From assembly GCA_946610715.1 (NCBI GenBank), contig CAMOCO010000001.1, forward strand, positions 1-59,450: a DNA stretch of 59,450 nt, written 5' to 3'. The position numbers and the translations under genes were made by a program. Numbering within the stretch: the stretch's first letter is position 1; every line of letters starts with the position of its first letter. The notes below the pieces were generated by a model. The model was not told where the DNA came from and did not search any database. It worked only from the letters and a program-made list of their open reading frames with translations. This DNA is from an uncultured Clostridia bacterium (GTDB taxonomy: Bacteria > Bacillota > Clostridia > Lachnospirales > Lachnospiraceae). Below are positions 9,149 to 18,679 of the stretch, in pieces.

Positions 9149-11785
9149 ATGAAAAAGTATCTTTTGGGGGCGGCTCTGTTTATCCTTGTATTTACAGGGT
9201 CTGCCCTGATTTTCAATTTTATAGGGAATCGGGAATTTGATACAAAATCCGTTGAGGTAGTAGAAAGTACGCTTGAAAAGGCGTACATTTCTTATGATGG
9301 GCAAAAGATCAACCGTATGGAAGTTTATTCTACCCGCCTTCTCACGGGAGTGAGAAGAAAAGAAGTGGTTCCGGTTGATAACAGCAAGACATTAAATGTC
9401 ATTATACCGGACAGTATTTCCGATAAAAGGCTGTGCAGATATGAGCTTCGTGACATGTCGGGAACTAACCTGATAGAAGAAGGCGATATGTCTCTTGTGA
9501 GAGACGGTGAGGGCGAGAATGAATATTCCGTAAGTCTTCGAATGGATATGACACAGGAGAAGGATTACAGCATTGTTTTTATATTATCGGATGATACGGG
9601 TAAGGCAGATGTAAAGGATTATTTCTACTATTCCAGAGTCAGGAGAACCGAAGGTAAAAGATTTCCTGAAATGATTGAATATGCCGAGGCTTTCAGCAAC
9701 ACACTTCTCAGTGAAAACCATAATACTCTTCCGGATGAGGTATCTGATGACGGGGGATATTATGGTCAGGAATCACAGGCTACAGTTCTTCCGGCATCCG
9801 AGACCGATGCGGTACTGGATATAGCAAAAGTCGGCGAATATTTCGAAGGAAAAAGGGATGATTATGAAACCTATGGTCATACCGAGATAGATTCCGAATA
9901 TGAGAAGGCGGTAATGTCGGGAATCGGAATGTCCAGGGTAGGAGATGTGGAGGCATCCATTACTGAAGTAAGCGGAGATTATGCCGTGATAAAGCTGTCA
10001 TGCAGAATGATGAGCAGAGAAAAAGAAGTAGTAAAGTATTATACAGTGAATGAATATTATGCTCTTGAATTTGATCCCGGACGTAACGAGATTCTGATGA
10101 GGGATTATGAACGAACAATTGATGAGGCATTTTCCAAGGAAAATATCATAAGTGGAAGCAACAGAATAAAGATAGGTCTTTCGGGAGACGAAGATCCGGA
10201 ATATGTTCAGAGTGAGGACTTCCGGAAAGTTGCATTTGTCATGGATAATACGCTGTGGTATTACAACAGTGATATGAATTATTATACACGTGTTTATGGT
10301 CAGAGTTCCCTTGAAAATATAAAGGATACAGATTATGGTATCAGGATTTTATCAGTGGATGAAAGAGAGGTGGACTTTGTTATATATGGCAGAATACCTC
10401 TTGGCTCTTATATGAGCTATAACGGAATTGCATTATATGCATATATTATAAGCAGCAATTCCATCAAAGAGATAGATTTTATCGAAACGGATATGACTTA
10501 TGATGTTCTGAAACAGCAGGTTGGAAGATATGCATACTATGACAGGGATAACAGATATTTTTACAGTCTTTTCAGTGATAAGCTGCTTAAAATCAATGTG
10601 CTTACAAATGAAAAAGAAGAAGTGATATCTGAGCTGCCTTTCTATGATATGTATGTCTCACAAAATAGAGAAGTACTCGCATATCCGAATACCAAAGAGC
10701 TTCAGAATGTTGATACGATCACGCTTATGTCACTGAAGGATGACAGCCGTCATGAAGAAACATATGAAGGTGATAAACTGAGTATAACGGGCTTTGTGGG
10801 AGACGATCTGGTATATGGAATTGCAACTCCGGGGGACGTGACCATGGGTTCGGATGGTGTACCGGGATTTTTATTCAGTGAACTGAAAATAGTAAATAAA
10901 GATGGTGAGATAAAGAAGGATTATAAGAAGAATAATGTGCTGATATCAGACATAAACTATGAGGAGGATAATCTCTATCTTACCAGAGTGAAAAAAGATA
11001 AAGACGGAAATCTGAAGGAAGTAAGTGCTGATTATATTACCAGTGATCCGGATCAGGTCCTCCGGGGAGTGGTTCCGAAAATCCATACAAACGATTCCGG
11101 AATAGCAGGAGTCTATCTGGATTTTCCCACAAATATTTATATACCGAGAGGCCCGGAAGAAGTAATTGCAAGACTCGCAAGAGGTGATAAGCCGAAAAAA
11201 ACCTTCGTTTCCGGGGATATAAGTGATGAGGTTTATTATATTTTCAGTAACAGTGGTCTCAGGGAAATGTCAATAAGTGCAGGAAGAGCAATAGGCGATG
11301 TGACCGAGAATAAAGGTTTTGTGGCAGATTCCGGGGGAGATGTTATATACAGAGAAAAACAGATGAAAGCATTCTTTACAGTGGCGGGAACATTTGATTA
11401 TACCGAAGGGAATGAGAATGCTTCCAAGACAGAAACCTTCTATATGTGTGAATATATGCTGCTTCGTCAGGCGGGGCTAAACGTTGATTACAGTGATGTC
11501 TCAGGCAGAAATGACTGGATAAAGATATGCAGTGACCTATCGGGCGGAACCGTAAAAGGACTTAATCTCTCCGGAGCCGGAGTGGAGGCTGCCATAGGTT
11601 ATTTAAGTGATGGTATGGCTTTTATCGCAGGTATTCAGGACAGATTCGTAGTTGTGGTCAGTTATAATTCTGATTTTGTGAGATACTACGATCCTATAGA
11701 AGGAGAGGAAGTCAGAACCGGAAGATGGAACTTTGCCGAAAATGTAAGAAAAAACGGTAATGAAATATTTATATGGTACAAGTAA
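9149..11785 (+). CDS. Large membrane-anchored exported protein of unknown function; C-terminus resembles a degenerate C39/papain fold
   Basis: N-terminal signal/TM segment; beta-rich middle; C-terminal FVVVVSY...VRYYDP pattern. Confidence 0.7.
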   Translation: MKKYLLGAALFILVFTGSALIFNFIGNREFDTKSVEVVESTLEKAYISYDGQKINRMEVYSTRLLTGVRRKEVVPVDNSKTLNVIIPDSISDKRLCRYELRDMSGTNLIEEGDMSLVRDGEGENEYSVSLRMDMTQEKDYSIVFILSDDTGKADVKDYFYYSRVRRTEGKRFPEMIEYAEAFSNTLLSENHNTLPDEVSDDGGYYGQESQATVLPASETDAVLDIAKVGEYFEGKRDDYETYGHTEIDSEYEKAVMSGIGMSRVGDVEASITEVSGDYAVIKLSCRMMSREKEVVKYYTVNEYYALEFDPGRNEILMRDYERTIDEAFSKENIISGSNRIKIGLSGDEDPEYVQSEDFRKVAFVMDNTLWYYNSDMNYYTRVYGQSSLENIKDTDYGIRILSVDEREVDFVIYGRIPLGSYMSYNGIALYAYIISSNSIKEIDFIETDMTYDVLKQQVGRYAYYDRDNRYFYSLFSDKLLKINVLTNEKEEVISELPFYDMYVSQNREVLAYPNTKELQNVDTITLMSLKDDSRHEETYEGDKLSITGFVGDDLVYGIATPGDVTMGSDGVPGFLFSELKIVNKDGEIKKDYKKNNVLISDINYEEDNLYLTRVKKDKDGNLKEVSADYITSDPDQVLRGVVPKIHTNDSGIAGVYLDFPTNIYIPRGPEEVIARLARGDKPKKTFVSGDISDEVYYIFSNSGLREMSISAGRAIGDVTENKGFVADSGGDVIYREKQMKAFFTVAGTFDYTEGNENASKTETFYMCEYMLLRQAGLNVDYSDVSGRNDWIKICSDLSGGTVKGLNLSGAGVEAAIGYLSDGMAFIAGIQDRFVVVVSYNSDFVRYYDPIEGEEVRTGRWNFAENVRKNGNEIFIWYK

Positions 11786-11800
11786 AATTAAAGAGTGAAT

Positions 11801-11840
11801 TAAAAAATCAGGTATCCTGTCCGGGGTACCTGATTTTTTA
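11801..11840. terminator. Bidirectional intrinsic terminator
   Basis: AAAAAATCAGGTATCC-TGTCCG-GGGTACCTGATTTTTT between convergent genes. Confidence 0.88.
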
Positions 11841-11861
11841 GCCTCTGTTATCAGATTATAT

Positions 11862-13550
11862 TTATGATAATTCTTTTTCAATAAATGGAATAAATTCCTC
11901 AGGGGGAACCGGTTTGGAGAAGTAGTAGCCCTGAATAATATCACAGCCCATTTCCTTAAGCAGGAGAAGCTGTTCTTCGGTTTCAACACCTTCAGCTATT
12001 ACGGGAACATTCAGTGACCTGGCTATCTCCAGAACGAGTTCCACAAGCTTCATGCTGGTTTTGCTTTTCTGCATGTTTTGTATAAACTTCATGTCCATTT
12101 TCAGCGCATCTATTGGAATGGTTGTAAGCATATTAAGAGATGAATAACCTGAACCGAAATCATCCATCTCGATTTTGAACCCATAGCTGCGGAGGCTTTC
12201 AACAACATCAATCAGCTGACCCGCATTTTCCGCATATGCAGACTCAGTTATCTCGAGTAACAGATCACCGGCAGAAAGATTGTTGTCGGTAAGTAATTTC
12301 GTAAATCTGTTCTGAAGGTCAGAATCATAAATATCCATTCTGGACACATTAACAGATACGGGAATCGTACGGGAATAATCCTCCTTCCAGCGATGTATCT
12401 GTCTTGCGGTCTCAGACCAGACATAATGATCAAGTTTCTGTATAAGACCATTGCTTTCAAAGAGCGGTATGAATTCTCCGGGACTTATCATTCCGAGCTC
12501 CGGATGTTTCCATCTGATCAGTGCTTCGGCGCTGGCGAGTTTCGGTGTGCCACCCTGAATGGCATATTTGGGCTGATAGAATACTATCAGGTCCCTGTTA
12601 TTTATGGCATCATCTATGTCATTTATAAGCTTTTCATGAAATTTTGATTTTTCATATAATTCATTACTGTAATATTCTATTTGTTTGCTGTAATCACCGC
12701 GGATACGGTCACAGGCAATCTTAACTCTGTCGAGCCGGTTCTCGATCATAAGGTTCCGGTCAACTTTTTTATATATGCCCATGCGAAATCTGGGGCGTAA
12801 TGACTGTATGGTCTCGCTGAGTCCGTCTTTAAGCTTCATAAGCAGCTTCTCATGATCGATACCGCTTTTACAGTAAATGTAGAAGGAATCTCCTTCGGTA
12901 CGGCAGCCGATACCCATTATATCTTCGAACATTTCTTTAAGAGTGTGACCGATCTGTCTGAGTAAATCATCTCCCTTTTTCCGACCGTATAATTCGTTGA
13001 TCAGATGAAAATGTTCTATATTGATGAGAATGATATCCATATCGTAGCCGGAATCGTATTTTTCGAGCTGCCTTATGTATTCTATGAAGAAGTCTCTGGT
13101 ATATAAGCCGGTCAGACTATCCTTTTCGGCTCCGTGTATGATACTTTTATCTTCCTGGAGTTCGATGATTCGCTCGCATCTTGCAAGTATAACTTCAGGC
13201 ATATCATAAGGCTTGGTGATGAAATCAGCGGCACCCATTTTTATGGATTTTACTTCCGCATCCTTTTCTGAAGTCATGACTATAACGGGTATGGTTCTAA
13301 GCGTCTCATCACTTTTCATGATACTTATAAGTTCGAATCCATCCATGACAGGCATAAGCAGATCAACAAGTACCAGTGAAATAATACTTTCACCGGATTG
13401 CAGTATTTCCAGAGCCTGTTTTCCGTTCTCAGCCGATTGTACGTTATAATCGGAATTCAGAAGATTTATGAGGATTTCGCGGTTTATCATTTCGTCATCT
13501 ACTACAAGTATATTTCTTTTCAGTCCGCTTTTTTCTCTGAAATTTTTCAT
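11862..13550 (-). CDS. Receiver-degenerate GGDEF-EAL protein (predicted c-di-GMP phosphodiesterase)
   Basis: REC domain (ILVVDD, DLLMP, KP); GGDEF position reads EGDSF; EAL domain intact (EALIRW, DDFGSGYSS, EGVE, QGYYFSKP). Confidence 0.9.
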   Translation of the reverse strand: MKNFREKSGLKRNILVVDDEMINREILINLLNSDYNVQSAENGKQALEILQSGESIISLVLVDLLMPVMDGFELISIMKSDETLRTIPVIVMTSEKDAEVKSIKMGAADFITKPYDMPEVILARCERIIELQEDKSIIHGAEKDSLTGLYTRDFFIEYIRQLEKYDSGYDMDIILINIEHFHLINELYGRKKGDDLLRQIGHTLKEMFEDIMGIGCRTEGDSFYIYCKSGIDHEKLLMKLKDGLSETIQSLRPRFRMGIYKKVDRNLMIENRLDRVKIACDRIRGDYSKQIEYYSNELYEKSKFHEKLINDIDDAINNRDLIVFYQPKYAIQGGTPKLASAEALIRWKHPELGMISPGEFIPLFESNGLIQKLDHYVWSETARQIHRWKEDYSRTIPVSVNVSRMDIYDSDLQNRFTKLLTDNNLSAGDLLLEITESAYAENAGQLIDVVESLRSYGFKIEMDDFGSGYSSLNMLTTIPIDALKMDMKFIQNMQKSKTSMKLVELVLEIARSLNVPVIAEGVETEEQLLLLKEMGCDIIQGYYFSKPVPPEEFIPFIEKELS

Positions 13551-13623
13551 AGATATTAACCCCTTTTTATAGATTGTAAATACCTACTAAAACTTTATCA
13601 CAATTTAGAAGGTAAAACAACGA

Positions 13624-13657
13624 AGAAAAAGAGCCGCACGCGGCGGCTCTTCTCTTT
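13624..13657 (-). terminator. Terminator-like hairpin in a divergent intergenic region
   Basis: AAGAGCCGC-ACGCG-GCGGCTCTT, with a U-tract when read on the - strand. Confidence 0.7.
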
Positions 13658-13772
13658 ATGAAAAAATGTGGGGGAAGGTATAGAATCCTTCATTTGGAAC
13701 ATCTTTATAATACTAATAAATTATGTACTATTTAAGTTATAATTGTGAAAAAAAGGTGAATAAAAGTTTTTC

Positions 13773-13801
13773 TTGACTTGAACCTTTTATATCAATAAAC
13801 T
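13773..13801 (+). promoter_or_regulatory. lysA promoter
   Basis: TTGACT, 17 nt, TAAACT. Confidence 0.55.
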
Positions 13802-13839
13802 TATGAAATGTATCAGTTTTATTATGAAAGGACAACAAT

Positions 13840-15105
13840 ATGAAAGTACCGTTTATTACAAAGGAAGAAGTGGAAAAAATAGCAAAGTGGTGTCCTACAC
13901 CTTTTCATATTTATGATGAAAAGGGAATAAGAGAAAATGCAAGAAGACTTAATAAAGCATTTTCCTGGAATAAAGGATTTAAGGAATATTTTGCGGTTAA
14001 GGCAACGCCCAATCCGACAATTTTGAAAATACTTCATGAAGAAGGATGCGGCACGGATTGTTCATCGCTTGCAGAGCTGGTAATGTCTGAAAGGTGCGGT
14101 ATTGTGGGTGAAAATATAATGTTTTCATCAAATGATACTCCTGCGGAAGAATTTGTGAAAGCAGCTGAGCTGGGCGCCTTCATTAATCTTGATGATTTTA
14201 CACATATTGAATTTTTGAAGAAGACTGCAGGAATTCCCAAGAAGATATTCTGCCGTTTCAATCCGGGAGGAATATTCTCACTTGGAGAAAGTAAAGAAGG
14301 ATTTCAGGTTATGGATAACCCGGGAGACGCAAAATACGGAATGACAGAGGAACAGCTGATCGAAGCATTCAGACAGCTGGCGGATCTCGGTGCCGAAAGC
14401 TTTGGAATTCATTCATTCCTTGCAAGCAATACAGTTACAAATGATTATTATCCGGAGCTTGCTTCTATACTTTTCAGGCTGGCAGTAAGGGTAAAGAAGG
14501 AAACCGGTATCAGTGTTTCATATATTAATCTTTCAGGTGGTGTGGGTGTTGCTTATAAGCCCGATCAGGAAGAAAATGATATCATGGTAATAGGAGAGGG
14601 AGTCAGAAAAAAATTCGAGGAAATTCTTGTTCCCGAAGGACTGGGTGATATCAGTATATTTACCGAGCTTGGAAGATATATGCTGGCACCTTACGGGGAG
14701 CTTGTCACAAAGGCAGTTCACGAAAAGCATATTTATAAAGAATATATCGGAGTGGATGCATGTGCTGCAAATCTTATGCGTCCCGCAATGTACGGTTCAT
14801 ATCATCATATTACGGTTCTGGGCAAGGAAAATGAGAAGGCTGAATATAAGTATGATGTAACCGGATCTCTATGTGAGAATAATGATAAGTTTGCCATAGA
14901 CCGTATGCTGCCGAAGATAGAAAAGGGAGATTATCTGGTTATTCACGATACAGGAGCACATGGCTTTTCAATGGGCTATAACTACAATGGACGCCTCTGG
15001 TCTGCTGAGCTTCTGAAACGTGAAGACGGAAGCGTTGTGCAGATAAGACGTCCACAGACACTTGATGATTATTTTGCAACACTTGATGATTACTGGGATA
15101 TTTAA
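13840..15105 (+). CDS. lysA: Diaminopimelate decarboxylase
   Basis: PTPFHIYDE, PLP lysine in FAVKA, GSLCENND, DTGAHG..MGYNYN. Confidence 0.93.
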   Translation: MKVPFITKEEVEKIAKWCPTPFHIYDEKGIRENARRLNKAFSWNKGFKEYFAVKATPNPTILKILHEEGCGTDCSSLAELVMSERCGIVGENIMFSSNDTPAEEFVKAAELGAFINLDDFTHIEFLKKTAGIPKKIFCRFNPGGIFSLGESKEGFQVMDNPGDAKYGMTEEQLIEAFRQLADLGAESFGIHSFLASNTVTNDYYPELASILFRLAVRVKKETGISVSYINLSGGVGVAYKPDQEENDIMVIGEGVRKKFEEILVPEGLGDISIFTELGRYMLAPYGELVTKAVHEKHIYKEYIGVDACAANLMRPAMYGSYHHITVLGKENEKAEYKYDVTGSLCENNDKFAIDRMLPKIEKGDYLVIHDTGAHGFSMGYNYNGRLWSAELLKREDGSVVQIRRPQTLDDYFATLDDYWDI

Positions 15106-15127
15106 TCAGATAATTATCCGAGACACA

Positions 15128-16630
15128 TCAGATATTTTCAAGAACCTGGAGAAGATATTCCCAGGTTCTTTTTACGCTGGCGGAATCCATAGATTCATTC
15201 GGGGTATGAATACATTTCATATCCGGTCCGAAAGATACGGCATCAAGATCCGGAATGCTTCCGGCAAATATGCCGCATTCTACACCTGCGTGAACAGATT
15301 CAACTATGGGAGCCTTTCCGTAAAGAGAAGTGAATACTTCATACATTTTATCCCTTAGAGGAGAATCATCCTTATATTCCCAAGGAGGGTAGAAACCCTG
15401 TACCGAAACATTTCCCCCAAGAGCTTCTGTCAGACATGTGATGCGGGCCTCGAGCTCCGATAAACGGGACAGGATACTGCTTCTCAGAGAACAGGTGATG
15501 ATAACTTCATCCTGAAGAGTCCTGATGATACCCATATTAAGTGATGTCTCAACAAGACCGCTGAGTACTGTGCTCATATTCTGTATACCGTTGGGCATCG
15601 TATATATAGCGGTAATAATCTTATCTGTTCCTGCAGTATTTATAAATCTGCCGGATTTTATAAGACCCGAAGTATCCTCATCATCCTTTACCTCATTTAA
15701 AGATATCCTGATATCCGGGTCTGTATGAAGGTATTCCTTATGCAGCATATCATTCAGCTTATTTACGGCATCAGAAAGATCAGCCGGACCGGAACTGTCC
15801 TTAAGCAAAATGACGCTATCTGTGGCTCTTGGAATAGCATTATCCTTCATGCCTCCGGAAATGCTTACAAGATAGTAGTCGATACCGTAATCCTTCATAA
15901 GACTGTACAAAACACGACCCATTATCTTATTTGAATTTCCCCGTTCTTTATTGATCTCCATACCGGAATGACCGCCGATAAGTCCGTCTACAGTTATTTT
16001 AATCGGAATAAGGGCGTCGGTATTTATATCTCCTTCGGTGGAAGCGAAAGTTTCAAATGGCAGATGAAGCAGAGCTGTTTCACCGCCTGCACAGCTTGCA
16101 AGAAGATGCCCCTCATCTTCGGAGTCGATATTGATAAGACGTTTGGAACTAAGAAGGGATTTATCTAGAGCTGCAGCACCCAGCATACCGATCTCTTCAT
16201 CGACGGTGATCAGTACTTCAAGAGGAGGATGGCTGATGGTGTCAGACTCAAGTATTGCGAGACAATAAGCAACGGCAATTCCGTCATCACCTCCGAGAGT
16301 GGTTCCGTCAGCGGAGATTATTCCGTCCTCAAGCAGTAGTGAGAGACCGTCGGTCTCAAAATTAATATCTCTGTCTGCTTCCTTCTCGCATACCATGTCC
16401 ATATGTCCCTGAAGAATAACAGAGGGTTCATTTTCTCTTCCTGCACTGCCGTCTTTAAATATTATAATGTTATTATTCTCATCCTGAATATATCTGAGAG
16501 AATGATTCTCGGCAAAACTCTTCAGATGGTCACTTATCATCTTAGTATTTCCGGATCCGTGGGGGATTCCGGCAATGTCCTCAAAATGTTTAAAAACCCG
16601 CTCAGGTTTAAGCCCTTCCAGTACTCGCAT
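15128..16630 (-). CDS. pepD: Aminoacyl-histidine dipeptidase (M20C)
   Basis: LQGHMDMV, TTLGGDDG, TVDEEIG, GGHSG, HAGVECG, HTPNE. Start set at ATG 16630 behind a GAGGTG RBS. Confidence 0.93.
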   Translation of the reverse strand: MRVLEGLKPERVFKHFEDIAGIPHGSGNTKMISDHLKSFAENHSLRYIQDENNNIIIFKDGSAGRENEPSVILQGHMDMVCEKEADRDINFETDGLSLLLEDGIISADGTTLGGDDGIAVAYCLAILESDTISHPPLEVLITVDEEIGMLGAAALDKSLLSSKRLINIDSEDEGHLLASCAGGETALLHLPFETFASTEGDINTDALIPIKITVDGLIGGHSGMEINKERGNSNKIMGRVLYSLMKDYGIDYYLVSISGGMKDNAIPRATDSVILLKDSSGPADLSDAVNKLNDMLHKEYLHTDPDIRISLNEVKDDEDTSGLIKSGRFINTAGTDKIITAIYTMPNGIQNMSTVLSGLVETSLNMGIIRTLQDEVIITCSLRSSILSRLSELEARITCLTEALGGNVSVQGFYPPWEYKDDSPLRDKMYEVFTSLYGKAPIVESVHAGVECGIFAGSIPDLDAVSFGPDMKCIHTPNESMDSASVKRTWEYLLQVLENI

Positions 16631-16811
16631 ATTATACACCTCACCTCTGCATCATTATTTAATGTGTCCCCGTCAATTCATCAGAAACATTAGTTTATTT
16701 TACACCAATTAACAATCTACTTCAATTGTATTCAAAATACGTGCCATAAAAGGCTGAATATGTGGTATACTGATTCAGGTACAATGAAATATGAAGTAGT
16801 AGAGAGATAAT

Positions 16812-18428
16812 ATGAAAACAAGACCGATTTTAAAAAATAAGATTTATCTGTATTTAACGGAATTTTTTGCGGGAATGTCGGTAATGGCGGTAGAACTTGG
16901 CGCCAGCAGACTTCTGGCACCCTATTTCAGTTCATCTCAGATTGTATGGACGATCATTATCGGAACGATTATGATTGCAATGGCATTGGGAAATATATAT
17001 GGAGGAAAGAAGGCCGATAAGAATCCGGATCCGGACAGGCTGTATATAAGAATAATCATCGCCGCCATATGGATTGCGGCTATTCCGGTTCTCGGCAAAT
17101 ATATCATTATTCTGATTGCCGGGCTTCTGATCTTTTCGATAAACAGTAATTTTCTTGTTATCGCCGCCTTTGCGGCATGTATGGTGGTTTTTGTATTTCC
17201 GCTTTTCCTTCTGGGAACGGTAACACCTTCGCTTGTAAAATATTCGGTTGATTCATTGGATGACAGCGGGAAAACAGTGGGCTATCTGAATGCTTCCAAT
17301 ACCATAGGAAGTATTATAGGAACCTTTGTCCCGACATTTATCAGTATTCCGGCAGTGGGTACATCCATCACATTTCTTATATTCGCGGGAATACTTATGG
17401 CGCTTAGCCTGGTATATTTTTTTAGCGGCAGGGATTCAAAGAGACACGGAAAAACTCTTATCATAAGCAGTATACTTTATGTAGTCTGCTGCATCTTCGG
17501 ACATAATAACAGCTTTGCATTCTGGCAGAAGGATCTGACCTTCGAGGGAGAATCAGTATATAATTATCTTCAGGTTTCTGAAAATGACAGACGTGTGATA
17601 CTTTCTACAAATGTCCTTTTCGGAGTGCAGTCTATTTATCTGAAGCAGGACGGACTCACCGGAATGTACTATGATTATGCCATGGCTGCGCCATATATGG
17701 CCGGTGCGAAAAACAGTGATAATTCCAAAGTGCTGATCCTGGGAATGGGAACGGGAACCTATGCTACCCAGTGCAACAGATATTTTTCAAATCTTACTTT
17801 CAGGGGCGTGGAAATCGATGAGAAGATAACAGCGCTGGCCAGACGTTATTTTGATCTCAGTGAGGATATTCCCGTTGAGACTTATGACGGAAGAGCTTAT
17901 CTTGCTGCGCTGGATGAGGATGAAAAATATGACATTATAATGGTAGATGCGTATCAGGATATAACCATTCCGTTTCAGATGTCATCCGTGGAATTTTTTA
18001 CCATGGTCAGGGAGCATCTTACCGATAATGGGGTAATGGTTGTAAATATGAATATGAGAGGCAGGACTGAGGGAAGTATAAATGATTATCTGCAGGATAC
18101 CATATCGTCTGTATTTGATAATGTATATACGGTTGATGTTATGGGCTCCACCAACAGAGAGCTTTTTGCCTCAAATAATCCCGATATGATAAAGCTTTTC
18201 GACGAAGGAACCAAGGCAGAAGAAAATGAAGAGCTGAAAGATATGATGAAAACAGTCAGAGCCGGACTTATACAGTATGAAGCAGGAGATCTCATTCTAA
18301 CAGATGATAAGGCACCTGTGGAACTTCTGGGAATGAAGGTTATAGATGATATCATCCGCGATCAGGTCAGCTATTATAAGGAAATATATGAAGAAAAAGG
18401 AATCAGCGGGCTTATTGACAGTTTTTGA
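16812..18428 (+). CDS. Fused membrane domain / spermidine synthase-like SAM-fold protein
   Basis: About 7 N-terminal TMs (ELGASRLLAPYF); C-terminal VLILGMGTG, VEIDE, YDIIMVDAY. Extended -10 TGTGGTATACT at 16761-16771. Confidence 0.85.
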   Translation: MKTRPILKNKIYLYLTEFFAGMSVMAVELGASRLLAPYFSSSQIVWTIIIGTIMIAMALGNIYGGKKADKNPDPDRLYIRIIIAAIWIAAIPVLGKYIIILIAGLLIFSINSNFLVIAAFAACMVVFVFPLFLLGTVTPSLVKYSVDSLDDSGKTVGYLNASNTIGSIIGTFVPTFISIPAVGTSITFLIFAGILMALSLVYFFSGRDSKRHGKTLIISSILYVVCCIFGHNNSFAFWQKDLTFEGESVYNYLQVSENDRRVILSTNVLFGVQSIYLKQDGLTGMYYDYAMAAPYMAGAKNSDNSKVLILGMGTGTYATQCNRYFSNLTFRGVEIDEKITALARRYFDLSEDIPVETYDGRAYLAALDEDEKYDIIMVDAYQDITIPFQMSSVEFFTMVREHLTDNGVMVVNMNMRGRTEGSINDYLQDTISSVFDNVYTVDVMGSTNRELFASNNPDMIKLFDEGTKAEENEELKDMMKTVRAGLIQYEAGDLILTDDKAPVELLGMKVIDDIIRDQVSYYKEIYEEKGISGLIDSF

Positions 18429-18487
18429 TAAGCGGCTTTATCATTTCATGTTTTTTAAATTCGAAATACAGGGAAGGAGAAGGTCAT

Positions 18488-18679
18488 ATGAAAAGAATTG
18501 TTAAGAATATGGCAAAATGTAAAAAATGCGGAGATATAATAGTGTCAACCGCAAGATGTAAACCGGTAACGTGTTCCTGTAAGAGCATTACTATTGACGG
18601 GGGAAAATATTATCTCAAGAGATCATGCAAAGACAGTGAGGACGATCTTATTGAAATGAGTGAAATTGAGGAAGATTGA
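18488..18679 (+). CDS. Small Cys-rich zinc-ribbon-like protein (63 aa)
   Basis: RBS GGAGAAGG before ATG 18488; CKKC-x14-CSC..IDGG..YLKR pattern. Confidence 0.75.
   Translation: MKRIVKNMAKCKKCGDIIVSTARCKPVTCSCKSITIDGGKYYLKRSCKDSEDDLIEMSEIEED

Noticed and set aside
13551-13839. Lysine riboswitch before lysA, or c-di-GMP riboswitch before the EAL gene
   Set aside because: The predicted lysA leader is only about 30 nt, and no GEMM-type core was recognisable. The structure is reported as a candidate sRNA instead.
15105-15128. Terminator between convergent lysA and pepD
   Set aside because: The gap is 22 nt with no convincing hairpin.
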